DNA of 64,000 bases from an uncultured Nitrospiraceae bacterium. Its GTDB lineage: Bacteria; Nitrospirota; Thermodesulfovibrionia; Thermodesulfovibrionales; Dissulfurispiraceae. The stretch is taken from contig CAVSHF010000003.1 of NCBI GenBank assembly GCA_963727805.1, positions 384,001 through 448,000 on the forward strand, written 5' to 3'. This document shows positions 1 to 10,281 of this stretch, piece after piece; position 1 is the stretch's first letter, and the number at the start of each line of letters is the position of its first letter. The notes under the pieces were generated by a model. That model ran no database searches and was not told the origin of the DNA. It worked only from the letters and a program-made list of their open reading frames with translations. A program made the translations under genes and the position numbers.

Positions 1-393
1 TTACCCTACGCTGTTGACCTAGCTAAAGCCTACAATGCAAAACTCTATCTCCTTCACGTTATCTATGATATGAGTGCTTCGACTGGTTTGCATGTTCCTC
101 ATGCTTCCCTTGATGCAATGTACGAAGAGATGCAAAAGGGCGCGGAAAAAGAAATCGAAAAAGTCGGCGCCGAGATGAGAGTAGAATTGAAGAATGTTGA
201 AACTCAGGTAGTCAGAGGGGTCCCCTATGAGGAGATTCGCAGATTCGCCCGCGAAAACGGAATGGATTTGATTATTATGGGCACCCACGGCAGAAGCGGG
301 TTCGATAGAATAGTCTTTGGCAGTACCGCAGAAAAAGTAGTGAGGAACGCAGTGTGCCCAGTGCTGACCATCAGAACCCAGAAAGCTAAGTGA
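1..393 (+). CDS. Universal stress protein (UspA family), 5' end outside window
   Basis: Frame is open from base 1 (LPYAVDLAKAYNAKLYLLHVIYD...) and contains the DLIIMGTHGRSG...FGSTAEKVVRNAVCPVLTI USP motif. Confidence 0.92.
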   Translation, partial: LPYAVDLAKAYNAKLYLLHVIYDMSASTGLHVPHASLDAMYEEMQKGAEKEIEKVGAEMRVELKNVETQVVRGVPYEEIRRFARENGMDLIIMGTHGRSGFDRIVFGSTAEKVVRNAVCPVLTIRTQKAK

Positions 394-426
394 TTAAGTA
401 AAGATTAATAACTAAAAGCTAACGTT

Positions 427-464
427 AAAAGCCAAATCTGGCGGTTTCCTCAAATTTGGCTTTT
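427..464. terminator. Bidirectional intrinsic terminator between convergent usp and nuoN
   Basis: Inverted repeat AAAAGCCAAAT (427-437) / ATTTGGCTTTT (454-464) with A/T tracts at both ends. Confidence 0.65.
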
Positions 465-469
465 ATGTA

Positions 470-1849
470 TTACAGGACGACAGATGGAGCGAGGCCGATG
501 ACAAAAATCATGACTGCGCTGATAAAGAGGGCTGCCCCCAGTCCTAGAGAGGGCATGATTTCAACAGTCTCGCCAAGGGGCTTCATGTACATATTCATGA
601 TGATCCTGAGGTAGAAATAAGCCGAGATGGCACTGAAGATTACCGCTATAACAACCAGCCACGTATATCCCGCATTGATTGCAGCCATGAATATATAGAA
701 CTTGCCGATAAAGCCCGCCGTAGGAGGAATTCCCGTAAGAGAAAACATAAAGACGAGCATCAGGGCGGCGGCAAAAGGATGACTCTTTGAGAGGCCGTTA
801 TAGTCAGCTATGTTTTCGCCTTTTTCCAGAAGAATAACAATGGCAAAGGCCCCCATGTTCATGAAGGTGTACACAAGAAGATATAGCATCATTGCGCTCA
901 TGGCCTCATTAGTACCTGCTATGATCGCCAGAAGTATATACCCGGCATGCGCTATGGAAGAATATGCAAGCATCCTCTTGATGTTGGTCTGGGCAATTGC
1001 AAGGATATTGCCAACGGCCATGGTTAGTATTGCAATGATAATGAGGATCGTCGTCCAGTATGGTTCAAAGACCGGGAAGGCGGTAAAAAAGACCCTTCCC
1101 AAAACTGCGAAGGCTGCAGCCTTCGCTGCAGTGGACATGAAAGCGGTAATCGACGTAGGCGCGCCTTCATAAACATCGGGTGCCCACATGTGGAAAGGGA
1201 CTGCGGAAATCTTGAATGAAAAAGCTACGATGATCAGCACCATGCTCAACATAAGGGCTGGAGTGGCCTGAGTGGTTCTAATGTAGTCCGCAACTCGATA
1301 TATGTCAGTGGTTGTCGTCAACCCGTATAAAAGCGAAATACCGTACAGAAGAAGAGCCGTTGAGAAGGCGCCGAGAAGGAAATATTTCATGGCAGCCTCG
1401 CTAGAGCGAGGATCCTGCTTTTTTATTCCGCAAAGTATGTAGAGGCTTAGCGACATGAGTTCAAGACCCAAAAAAACAATAATAAGGTCTCTGGCCGATG
1501 CCATGAGCATCATCCCTGTTGCCGAAAAGAGCAAAAGGCTGTAATACTCACCGAAATCGGCATGTTCCGTTTGGAGATATCTCAAAGAGATCAGGATTGT
1601 CAGGATAAGACTTATGAGAATGATTGCCTTAAAATAGATACTGTATGTATCGCTGATAAACATGCCGCCGAAGGCCTCGCCGCGGAAGGAAGGCAGGAGG
1701 TAGATGGTGACAGCAGCGACGATGATGCCTATATATCCGAGAGGTCTTTTATTTTCGGCGATAAGCTCCATGAGGAGTAAAAGAGTCGCAGCAACGATCA
1801 TGATAATCTCGGGGATAACTGGTGTCAGATCGGGATAGGGAATGTTCAT
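470..1849 (-). CDS. nuoN: NADH-quinone oxidoreductase subunit N
   Basis: Antiporter-like membrane protein with EAAMKYFLLG and FKISAVPFHMWAPDVYEGAP motifs; last gene of nuo operon. Confidence 0.96.
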   Translation of the reverse strand: MNIPYPDLTPVIPEIIMIVAATLLLLMELIAENKRPLGYIGIIVAAVTIYLLPSFRGEAFGGMFISDTYSIYFKAIILISLILTILISLRYLQTEHADFGEYYSLLLFSATGMMLMASARDLIIVFLGLELMSLSLYILCGIKKQDPRSSEAAMKYFLLGAFSTALLLYGISLLYGLTTTTDIYRVADYIRTTQATPALMLSMVLIIVAFSFKISAVPFHMWAPDVYEGAPTSITAFMSTAAKAAAFAVLGRVFFTAFPVFEPYWTTILIIIAILTMAVGNILAIAQTNIKRMLAYSSIAHAGYILLAIIAGTNEAMSAMMLYLLVYTFMNMGAFAIVILLEKGENIADYNGLSKSHPFAAALMLVFMFSLTGIPPTAGFIGKFYIFMAAINAGYTWLVVIAVIFSAISAYFYLRIIMNMYMKPLGETVEIMPSLGLGAALFISAVMIFVIGLAPSVVL

Positions 1850-3486
1850 TTTACCACCTCGATGATCTGTTGGGCGATATTGGCCTGGCCTGCGCTGTTA
1901 AGTCGAGCTAACAGGTTCTGTACTGATACATCCATGAACCCAAGGAAAGTGTTGGGATATACACCTATCCAGAAGACAAGAATAACAAGCGGGAGTACCG
2001 TAAGGATTTCTCGTGTACCGATGTCTCGGAAGCCGTGACCGAGAAGTCCCGGGTTCGTATCGACGAAAAAGATATTCTGATAAAGCCAGAGCATATAAGC
2101 CGCACCGATTATAACACCGGTGGCTGCGAAGACACCCAGGACTTTTGATGCCGTGAATCCCCCTAAAAGGATCAGAAACTCACCGATAAAGCCATTTGTT
2201 CCGGGCAGTCCTATGGAAGCCAATGTAAAGATCATGAATATTGCGGAATAAACCGGCAAAAGTGACGCAGCACCGCCGTAATCGGCTATACGCCGTGTAT
2301 GGGTCCGTTCATAGACGATACCGACGAGTAAGAACAAACCGCCGGTTACGATTCCGTGGTTGATCATCTGAAGTATGCCACCCTGGACGCCCTGCGTATT
2401 CATAGCGAAGATACCAAGGGTTACAAACCCCATATGGCTAACCGAGCTGTAGGCTATCAAACGCTTCAAGTCTGTTTGTCCCAGACAAATGATGGCACCG
2501 TATATGATTGCTATTACCGAAAGGACCATCATCGCCGGCGCGAGGGCCTTCGAAGCCTCCGGGAACATTGGTAAATTGAATCGCAGAAATCCGTAAGCGC
2601 CCATTTTTATAAGAATTCCTGCAAGGATGACGCTGCCCGCAGTCGGTGCTTCGGTATGCGCATCGGGCAGCCAGGTATGGACAGGAAACATTGGGACCTT
2701 TACGGCAAAGGCAGAAAAGAAGGCCCAAAAAAGAATCATCTGGAGATGAAAGGGATAATCTGTCGACATCATTCGAAGCATGTCGAAGGACCGGTCTGTT
2801 GCGAAATAGAGCACGATAATACCGACGAGCATCAATACGCTTCCGACCAAGGTGAAGAGGAAAAACTTGATGGCTGCATATATCCTGTTCGGTCCTCCCC
2901 AGACGCCGACGATAAGATACATCGGTATAAGCATTGCCTCCCAGAAGATGTAGAAAAGAAAGAGATCGAGGCTGCAAAAGACACCGATCATTGAACCCTC
3001 GATGATAAGCAGGGCTGCATAGAACTCCTTGGTCCGGTCCTGGATACTTGTCCATGAGACGGTAACGCAAAGTATGGTTAGCAGGGCTGACAGGAGAATG
3101 AACAACACGCTTATGCCGTCGACTCCGATATAGTACTCACTCGACCATGCCGGGATCCACGAATACCGTTCGACGAACTGCATCTTTGCGGTGGTCTTGT
3201 CAAAATTGGTATAGAGAGGAAGGCTCAGCAAAAATGTCGTGCAACTAACGATGAGCGCTGTCCACCGGATAAGTGTCTCGTGCTGACGGTTTGAAAGGAT
3301 AATACAAAAAGCACCGAGGATAGGCAGAAAGATCAGTGTTGAAAGCACGGGATAGTTAAGGGCCTGTGCTAATTCAGCCCCCGCAAAGATCAGCAGGGCG
3401 AGCATCGGAATCATGGCCGCAGTTCTCATGAGAGGATGGTTTGATGTGGGCGCTTCAGTTGCTGCGGGGTGGCTCGCATGCCCCAT
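1846..3486 (-). CDS. nuoM: NADH-quinone oxidoreductase subunit M (with N-terminal extension)
   Basis: FWEAMLIPMY and VKVPMFPVHTWLPDAHTEAPTAGS motifs; GGAGG upstream of ATG 3486; 4-bp overlap with nuoN. Confidence 0.96.
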   Translation of the reverse strand: MGHASHPAATEAPTSNHPLMRTAAMIPMLALLIFAGAELAQALNYPVLSTLIFLPILGAFCIILSNRQHETLIRWTALIVSCTTFLLSLPLYTNFDKTTAKMQFVERYSWIPAWSSEYYIGVDGISVLFILLSALLTILCVTVSWTSIQDRTKEFYAALLIIEGSMIGVFCSLDLFLFYIFWEAMLIPMYLIVGVWGGPNRIYAAIKFFLFTLVGSVLMLVGIIVLYFATDRSFDMLRMMSTDYPFHLQMILFWAFFSAFAVKVPMFPVHTWLPDAHTEAPTAGSVILAGILIKMGAYGFLRFNLPMFPEASKALAPAMMVLSVIAIIYGAIICLGQTDLKRLIAYSSVSHMGFVTLGIFAMNTQGVQGGILQMINHGIVTGGLFLLVGIVYERTHTRRIADYGGAASLLPVYSAIFMIFTLASIGLPGTNGFIGEFLILLGGFTASKVLGVFAATGVIIGAAYMLWLYQNIFFVDTNPGLLGHGFRDIGTREILTVLPLVILVFWIGVYPNTFLGFMDVSVQNLLARLNSAGQANIAQQIIEVVK

Positions 3487-3534
3487 ATTTAATAATTCCT
3501 CCTATGATCGTTCAATTTCAATATGTCTAACATA

Positions 3535-5460
3535 TTACTTGGTGACCAGTATGAGTACCAGCGTCAGAAAAAAGAAAAAGCCAACGCACATTCCGATCGC
3601 ATAATGCTGCAGATTTCCGGTCTGGATCTTCCTCAGATTCTCACCGAAAACCGCAATCCATCTTGGGACACCATTTACGATTCCTTCGATAATCTTCCCG
3701 TCGGTGACGGCTACAAGGATATTGGTTGCCATCCACATGACAGGTCGCACAATAATGAAATCATAGAGCTCATCGACATAATATTTGTTCCATAATACCG
3801 TATAGACCGCCTTGAACTTCGATCCAAGGATTTTGGGCAGTTCGGGCTGCCACAGGTAAAATAGCATCGATGTGAGAATTCCGCCGACGGCGACGGCAAC
3901 TGAGATTCCCATGACCATCCATTCTTCAGAGTGCGAACCGTGTACGTGCGGATGGCCAACTGCCTTCTCGAGAAAATGGGCAACCCAGTTGTTTCCGCCG
4001 AGAAGCGGAGATACGCCGATCCAACCGGCAGCGACTGCCCCAACACCTAGAATTAGAAGGGGAACTGTCATTGACGAAGGAGATTCATGCAGATGGTGTT
4101 CGAGTTCGCGACCGCCACGGAACGAGCCGAAAAATGCTAGCCATATTATCCTGAAGCTATAGAATGCTGTAATGCCTGCCACCAGCGTGCCCATTACCCA
4201 TACGATCTTGCCTACCGTCCCTCCGTTATAGGCAAGCCATAGTATCTCGTCTTTGCTGAAGAAACCTGCAAGGCCCGGAATGCCGGCAATGCTGAGAGAT
4301 GCTATCAGGAATGTCCAGAAGGTCAGCGGCATATACTTTCGAAGACCGCCCATTTTCTGGATGTCGAGTTCTCCCTGCATTGCATGCATCACGCTGCCCG
4401 CTCCAAGGAAGAGCAGGGCCTTGAAAAAGGCATGTGTATAGAGATGAAAAACACCTGCTCCATAAGCGCCAACACCGCATGCAAGAAACATATACCCGAG
4501 CTGGCTGCACGTTGAATAGGCTATGATTCTCTTGATATCGTTTTGGACGAGTGCGATGGTTGCGGCAAAGAGGCTTGTAACTGCCCCGGTAATTGCTACA
4601 ACAGCCATGGCCGTGGGCGAAAGATTGAATAGCGGACTGAAACGCGCCACCATAAATACACCTGCCGTTACCATCGTCGCTGCATGGATGAGTGCGCTGA
4701 CCGGTGTAGGACCTTCCATCGCATCGGGCAACCACACGTGAAGCGGTATCTGTGCCGATTTGCCCGCAGCCCCGCAGAACAGAAGCAAGGCGATAAGAGT
4801 TATAAGGTCAACATTAAAGCCGAGCAGACTAATGGTCTGGCCCTGAAGCGTACCAACCTTGGCGAAGATATCGGAATACTGTATGGAGCCGATAAAAAGA
4901 AAGAGCATAAAGACACCGAGGCCAAACCCGAAATCGCCGAAACGGTTGACGATGAAGGCCTTTTTCCCGGCATCTGCAGCACTTTTCTTCTCATACCAAA
5001 AGCCGATCAGGAAATAGGAACAGAGGCCCACCGCCTCCCATCCGAAATAGAGCTGAAGAAGGTTGTTACCCATGACGAGCATGAGCATCGAGAACGTGAA
5101 GAGACTGAGATAGGAGAAGAAACGGTAAAATCCGGTGTCTCCGTGCATATAGCCGACAGAGTAAATATGCACCAGGAGGCTTACCGTAGTTACAACGATA
5201 AGCATTATGGCGCTGAGTTGATCAATAAGGAAGCCGACGCTTACTTTGAACGAGCCTGAAAGTACCCAGGTATAGACATCATAGTTCTGAGTCTTACCGC
5301 TTACGACTTCGAAAAAGGTAACCACTGAAATAAGAAATGATCCAAAGACCGCCAGGATTGCTATCCAAGCGGCACGATCTTTAATCAGAAACTTTCCGAA
5401 TATGATATTAATGGTAAAGGCTGCCAGTGGAAGAAGTGGGATGAGTACATATTTATCCAT
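3535..5460 (-). CDS. nuoL: NADH-quinone oxidoreductase subunit L
   Basis: GWEAVGLCSYFLIGFW and GKSAQIPLHVWLPDAMEGPTPVSALIHAATMV motifs; 641 aa. Confidence 0.97.
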   Translation of the reverse strand: MDKYVLIPLLPLAAFTINIIFGKFLIKDRAAWIAILAVFGSFLISVVTFFEVVSGKTQNYDVYTWVLSGSFKVSVGFLIDQLSAIMLIVVTTVSLLVHIYSVGYMHGDTGFYRFFSYLSLFTFSMLMLVMGNNLLQLYFGWEAVGLCSYFLIGFWYEKKSAADAGKKAFIVNRFGDFGFGLGVFMLFLFIGSIQYSDIFAKVGTLQGQTISLLGFNVDLITLIALLLFCGAAGKSAQIPLHVWLPDAMEGPTPVSALIHAATMVTAGVFMVARFSPLFNLSPTAMAVVAITGAVTSLFAATIALVQNDIKRIIAYSTCSQLGYMFLACGVGAYGAGVFHLYTHAFFKALLFLGAGSVMHAMQGELDIQKMGGLRKYMPLTFWTFLIASLSIAGIPGLAGFFSKDEILWLAYNGGTVGKIVWVMGTLVAGITAFYSFRIIWLAFFGSFRGGRELEHHLHESPSSMTVPLLILGVGAVAAGWIGVSPLLGGNNWVAHFLEKAVGHPHVHGSHSEEWMVMGISVAVAVGGILTSMLFYLWQPELPKILGSKFKAVYTVLWNKYYVDELYDFIIVRPVMWMATNILVAVTDGKIIEGIVNGVPRWIAVFGENLRKIQTGNLQHYAIGMCVGFFFFLTLVLILVTK

Positions 5461-5470
5461 TATCCGGGCC

Positions 5471-5773
5471 TTATCCTTTCATTTCGGTGATTTCAGTGGT
5501 ATGGACGGCGCCCTTGTTCCTGACAAGAACAACGAGTATAGCCAGACCTATTGCAGCCTCTGCCGCGGCCACGGTGATGATAAAAATCGCGAATATCTGC
5601 CCCCTCAAGTCCTGCAGATAGTGGCTAAAGGCCACAAGACTGATATTAGTGGCATTCAGCATAAGTTCAACACAGATGAGCATGATGATGAGGTTCCTCC
5701 TGATCATGAACCCGATCGCGCCGATCACGAAGATCACTGCGCTCAATCCTATATACCATTCGAGAGGTACCAT
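5471..5773 (-). CDS. nuoK: NADH-quinone oxidoreductase subunit K
   Basis: 100 aa, 3 TM; RRNLIIMLICVELMLNA and AAAEAAIGLAI motifs. Confidence 0.96.
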   Translation of the reverse strand: MVPLEWYIGLSAVIFVIGAIGFMIRRNLIIMLICVELMLNATNISLVAFSHYLQDLRGQIFAIFIITVAAAEAAIGLAILVVLVRNKGAVHTTEITEMKG

Positions 5774-5782
5774 TATACGCTC

Positions 5783-6295
5783 CTATTTTTTCTTGGCGAG
5801 CACCATGGCTCCCACGATTGCTATAAGTAAAATAAGTGATGCTATCTCGAAGGGAAAAAGGTATTCGGTGTATAACACCTTTCCCAGGATTTTGGTATTG
5901 GTTTCGCTCTTGATCGCCTCGATTGAGTACTGCCCGATAGGACCTTTTACAAAGTTCATGGTTGTAAAGAAAACGAGGAGCAGAAGGGACAGTCCCAAGG
6001 CGAGGCTGATCGGCCATTCCTCGATAAAGGGCTCGTAAGCAACTTCCCACTTGAGGTTCAGCATCGTGATAACAAAGAGGAATAGTACGAGAATAGCACC
6101 CGCATAAAGGACTACTTGAACAGCGGCCAGAAATTCGGCATTCAAAAAGAGGTAGAGGGCTGCGATATGGAAGAAGAGCGCCATCATGAACAAAACGCTA
6201 TGAATTGGGTTCTTCCTTGTTATCACGAGAACGGACAAAATCGTCATCGATATAGCGAAATACGCAAAGATAATCACCGACAGCATATTAGGCAT
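5783..6295 (-). CDS. nuoJ: NADH-quinone oxidoreductase subunit J
   Basis: NAEFLAAVQVVLYAGAILVLFLFVITMLN and YLFPFEIASLILL motifs. Confidence 0.95.
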   Translation of the reverse strand: MPNMLSVIIFAYFAISMTILSVLVITRKNPIHSVLFMMALFFHIAALYLFLNAEFLAAVQVVLYAGAILVLFLFVITMLNLKWEVAYEPFIEEWPISLALGLSLLLLVFFTTMNFVKGPIGQYSIEAIKSETNTKILGKVLYTEYLFPFEIASLILLIAIVGAMVLAKKK

Positions 6296-6953
6296 TCTCC
6301 TTGCTCTGAGTTATTTCTGCTGGTTTCTCTTCCGGCTTCTGCACTGCCGGTTTATGTTCTTCAGGTTTTTTCTCTTCCGGTGCCGCAGGTACTGCCCTAA
6401 GAGGGATCGGTGCTTGTTCCCTTTTTGCCTTCGGCATCTTGGAGATATCTACACCTTCTGGTCTCCAGAATTTGTTCCAGTATTCATCGGCATCAAGTTT
6501 CGCGACAAAATCATCCCAGTTCTTGAGCATTTTTTCTTTGTTAAAGTAAATATCATCCTTGGATGTTGAGACGTACGCATAATCTTCGGTCAGCGTGAGG
6601 GCGCATACGGGACAGACCTCGACACAATATCCGCAATAGATACACCTGAGTGCTTCGATGTCGTACTGTTCAAGGAATGGCTTGTTGTTCGCATCCCGGC
6701 CCTTCTTGATGTAAATGCATTGCGATGGACATATGTTCGAGCATTTCATGCACATTATGCATTTCTCTTTGCCGGTCTTGGGATTTCTCACAAAGGCATG
6801 TTTTCCTCTGAACCCAGGGTAAATCTTTCTTTTTTCTTCAGGGTACTGTATCGTGACAGGTTTGGAGAACATCATCTTCAGGGTGAGTGTCATCCCCTTT
6901 ATAGTGTCTATGAACAATGCTCGCCTGATGATGTCCTTCGCTGTCACAGTCAC
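6288..6953 (-). CDS. nuoI: NADH-quinone oxidoreductase subunit I (copy 1)
   Basis: TIQYPEE, FRGKH, two CxxCxxCxxxCP motifs; extra K/E/P-rich C-terminal tail. Confidence 0.93.
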   Translation of the reverse strand: MTVTAKDIIRRALFIDTIKGMTLTLKMMFSKPVTIQYPEEKRKIYPGFRGKHAFVRNPKTGKEKCIMCMKCSNICPSQCIYIKKGRDANNKPFLEQYDIEALRCIYCGYCVEVCPVCALTLTEDYAYVSTSKDDIYFNKEKMLKNWDDFVAKLDADEYWNKFWRPEGVDISKMPKAKREQAPIPLRAVPAAPEEKKPEEHKPAVQKPEEKPAEITQSKENA

Positions 6954-6959
6954 ATCCCC

Positions 6960-8006
6960 TTAACTGATATATTTGACGATTGCGGTTATTACTATGTTCA
7001 CGAGGGAAAGGGGGATTAGCACTTTCCATCCCAGGCTCATGAGGTGGTCATACCTGAAGCGCGGCACTGTAGCTCTTACCCAATAGTAAAGAAATAGATG
7101 ACAGTAGACTTTAAGAAGGAACCATACGACCCCCGGAACAAAAGAGAGGAAGGGGAACGTTGTCATTATTATCGGAGGAAGTGTCCAGCCGCCCCAGAAG
7201 CAGGTTACGGCGATACAGGACATGACGATCATAGCCGTGTATTCCCCCATGAAGAAAAGGGCGAATCGCATTCCGCTGTACTCGACGAAATAGCCCGCGA
7301 CGAGCTCGCTTTCGGCCTCGGGAAGATCGAAGGGGGTCCTGTTCGTTTCTGCGAAGGCACAAATCATAAAGATGATATACGCGAAAAATTGAGGAATGAT
7401 ATACATGCCGTACCAGTGCTTCTGCTGGGCCTCAACAATCTCTACAAGATTGAGCGTTCCTGAAAGGATCATTATCCCGACCAGGCTCAGGGCAAGCGCG
7501 ATTTCGTAGCTGACGACTTGGGCTGCGGACCGAAGACCGCCGAGGAACGCATATTTTGAATTCGACGACCAGCCCGACATGATGATTCCATAAGCGCCCA
7601 GCGATGACATGGCGAAGAGGTAAAGCAGGCCAACATTAATGTTGGCGATAATGAACCAGTTGCAAAAAGGGATCACGGCGAGAGCGCTGACAGCTGCGAA
7701 GATGGAAATCATTGGAGCGAGCTGAAAGACTACCTTGTCTCCGCTGCTCGGTATGATGTCCTCTTTAAAGAAGAGTTTGACCCCGTCGGCAATGGGCTGG
7801 AGAAGGCCATGGAATCCCGTTTTCATCGGGCCCAGGCGCACCTGCATATGACCGATGATCTTTCTTTCCCACCATGTGGAATAGGCAACGTGGAGCATTG
7901 CCGCGGAGAAAACGACGACAATTTGTACGAGCGTGAAAACTATCTGCACGTAGATATTCGTCTTTTGTATCCCCAGAAACCCGTAAAAGGAACTAATAAT
8001 ATCCAT
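6960..8006 (-). CDS. nuoH: NADH-quinone oxidoreductase subunit H
   Basis: ERKIIGHMQVRLGP, QPIADGVKLFFKED and AETNRTPFDLPEAESELVAGY motifs. Confidence 0.97.
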   Translation of the reverse strand: MDIISSFYGFLGIQKTNIYVQIVFTLVQIVVVFSAAMLHVAYSTWWERKIIGHMQVRLGPMKTGFHGLLQPIADGVKLFFKEDIIPSSGDKVVFQLAPMISIFAAVSALAVIPFCNWFIIANINVGLLYLFAMSSLGAYGIIMSGWSSNSKYAFLGGLRSAAQVVSYEIALALSLVGIMILSGTLNLVEIVEAQQKHWYGMYIIPQFFAYIIFMICAFAETNRTPFDLPEAESELVAGYFVEYSGMRFALFFMGEYTAMIVMSCIAVTCFWGGWTLPPIIMTTFPFLSFVPGVVWFLLKVYCHLFLYYWVRATVPRFRYDHLMSLGWKVLIPLSLVNIVITAIVKYIS

Positions 8007-8021
8007 TATTCATCACCTGCT

Positions 8022-9206
8022 TTACCTGTCACACTCTCCGAGCACGATATCTATCGTCCCGATGTTCGCGATAACGTCTGCAACAAGCGAACCTTCACAC
8101 AATTTAGGCAGTACCGAAGCATGTACAAAGGATGGTGATCTGATCTTCATCCGGTAAGGTCGGCCCGATCCGTCGCCGACTATATAAAACCCGAGTTCGC
8201 CTTTCGGCACTTCAATTGCGGCGTACATCTCGTCAAAAGGTTCCTGCGGTTCCTGCTCTTCTACCTCGCCTGGAAGGAGTTCACCCATGGGATGTCCCGG
8301 TATGATGCGCGGTTTGCCTGCAAGCAAATCATACGCCGGAGCTTCAGGGGCTAGGACAAGTCCACCGGGCAGTTTGTCAAGGCACTGACGGATAATTTTG
8401 ACAGACTCTCTGAATTCGATCATCCGGCATCGGTATCTGTCATATACATCGCAGTTAGTGCCAACGGGGACATCAAACTCGACCTGATCATAAGCATCGT
8501 AAGGTGCAAATTTCCTTACATCATAAGGAACTCCTGAACCTCTGAGGGTAGGGCCAGTCAAGCCCCAGTTGATAGCGTCCTCAGCGGATATAACGCCTAC
8601 GCCCTTAGTCCTCTGGAGCCAGATCGGGTTCTGATCGATCAGGGTCTCATATTCAAGAATTCTTTTGGGAAAATCATCGATAAATTTGTAACAGCTGTCG
8701 ATAAATTCCTGATTGATATCACAACGCACGCCTCCGATCCTCGGATAGGTGACTGTCAATCGTGCCCCGCACGTCATCTCGTAAAGGTCGAGGATCCATT
8801 CCCTGTCTCTCATCCCATAGAGGAAAACTGTCATAGCGCCGATATCGAGGGCATGGGTCGCGATCCAGACAATATGGTTAGAGATCCTTGTCAGTTCTCC
8901 CATGATCGTCCTAATATATTTGGCCCTTTCAGGAATTTCTATACCGAGGAGCTTCTCTACCGCCACGCAAAAACCTATATTATTTGACATGCTGGAAACA
9001 TAATCGAGCCTGTCAGTGAGGGGAAGGGCCATCGGATAAGTCCTGTTTTCGGCGAGCTTTTCGGTCCCCCGGTGGAGGTAACCAACATGCGGCGTGCAGC
9101 GAACTACTGTCTCACCGTCAAGTTCGAGGACCAGGCGCAGGACGCCATGGGTAGCGGGATGCTGAGGTCCCATGTTTATAGAAAGTTCTTTCTTCTTTAA
9201 AACCAT
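8022..9206 (-). CDS. nuoD: NADH-quinone oxidoreductase subunit D (copy 1)
   Basis: [32 protein letters not shown] and C-terminal DIVLGECDR; no Ni-binding CxxC pairs. Confidence 0.96.
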   Translation of the reverse strand: MVLKKKELSINMGPQHPATHGVLRLVLELDGETVVRCTPHVGYLHRGTEKLAENRTYPMALPLTDRLDYVSSMSNNIGFCVAVEKLLGIEIPERAKYIRTIMGELTRISNHIVWIATHALDIGAMTVFLYGMRDREWILDLYEMTCGARLTVTYPRIGGVRCDINQEFIDSCYKFIDDFPKRILEYETLIDQNPIWLQRTKGVGVISAEDAINWGLTGPTLRGSGVPYDVRKFAPYDAYDQVEFDVPVGTNCDVYDRYRCRMIEFRESVKIIRQCLDKLPGGLVLAPEAPAYDLLAGKPRIIPGHPMGELLPGEVEEQEPQEPFDEMYAAIEVPKGELGFYIVGDGSGRPYRMKIRSPSFVHASVLPKLCEGSLVADVIANIGTIDIVLGECDR

Positions 9207-9743
9207 TCAGCGCACCTCATAAATCTTGTTTCTTTGGGCAGTTTCGATGACCTCTTTGAAGCCATTCCACTCTTTTTCACCGAGGTCGCTCTTTATGGGG
9301 TAATCCTTCCGTAACGGATAGCCCTCCCAATCATCGGGCATGAGAACTCTTCGCAGATCGGGATGATTCTTAAAGGTGATTCCGAACATATCGTAGCACT
9401 CCCGCTCATGCCAGTTGGCGCCAGCCCATATCCCGACTACACTGTCGATCGAGCAATCACTCTCAGTAACGAAAGCTTTTATCCTAATTTGATGGTTGTG
9501 TTTGATTGAAAAAAGATTGTATACCACTTCGAATCGATGATCTTTTCTGCCGAGGTAATCGACTCCGCAGAGATCTGCAAGATAGTCGAAGGAAAGATCT
9601 GGGGAATCATGCAGATAGGACATTATCTCAAAGATACGTTCTTTTTTGACTAAAACAGAAAACTGATCACGGAAGGCTAAAATCTCTATAACTTCCGAGT
9701 GAAATTGTGACTTTACGATTTCAGCTATTTCCTGAGGTGACAT
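9207..9743 (-). CDS. nuoC: NADH-quinone oxidoreductase subunit C
   Basis: ANWHERECYDMFGITFKNHPDLRRVLMP...GYPLRKDYP motif. Confidence 0.96.
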   Translation of the reverse strand: MSPQEIAEIVKSQFHSEVIEILAFRDQFSVLVKKERIFEIMSYLHDSPDLSFDYLADLCGVDYLGRKDHRFEVVYNLFSIKHNHQIRIKAFVTESDCSIDSVVGIWAGANWHERECYDMFGITFKNHPDLRRVLMPDDWEGYPLRKDYPIKSDLGEKEWNGFKEVIETAQRNKIYEVR

Positions 9744-9744
9744 G

Positions 9745-10266
9745 TTATCTCCACCTGCTCCATTTGAAATGTTCTTTGCTTATCAATTCCTGCAGCTTGA
9801 TAAGGCCGTCGATAAGGGCTTCAGGTCTCGGCGGGCATCCGGGAATAAAGACGTCTACCGGCAATATAGTATCAACTCCCTGGACTGTACTATAAGTATT
9901 GTAAATCCCACCACTGCATGCACAGCTTCCCATCGCGATCACATATCGCGGCTCGGGCATCTGATCATAAACCATTCTGACTACAGGGGCCATCTTTTTT
10001 GTCAATGTACCGGCTATAATTATGGCATCGGACTGTCTCGGCGAGCCTCTGAAAACAACTCCGAAACGGTCAAGATCATAATGTGAAGCCCCGGTTGCCA
10101 TCATCTCGATAGCGCAGCAAGCAAGGCCGAAGGTCATAGGCCATATAGACGATTTGCGTCCCCAGTTCACGAGTTTATCCACGGAGGCAATAATGGTATT
10201 GGCGCCGGGGATTACCTTAATCCCTTCCTCTACTTCAATAAGGGTAGTAGTGCCGTCAATGATCAT
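9745..10266 (-). CDS. nuoB: NADH-quinone oxidoreductase subunit B
   Basis: [22 protein letters not shown] and IPGCPPRPE motifs (cluster N2 ligands). Confidence 0.97.
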   Translation of the reverse strand: MIIDGTTTLIEVEEGIKVIPGANTIIASVDKLVNWGRKSSIWPMTFGLACCAIEMMATGASHYDLDRFGVVFRGSPRQSDAIIIAGTLTKKMAPVVRMVYDQMPEPRYVIAMGSCACSGGIYNTYSTVQGVDTILPVDVFIPGCPPRPEALIDGLIKLQELISKEHFKWSRWR

Positions 10267-10281
10267 TGCAATACCTCTTAA

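Noticed and set aside
8022..9206. NuoD copies as [NiFe]-hydrogenase large subunits
   Set aside because: Both copies lack the N- and C-terminal CxxC nickel motifs and keep the quinone-site His and Tyr motifs
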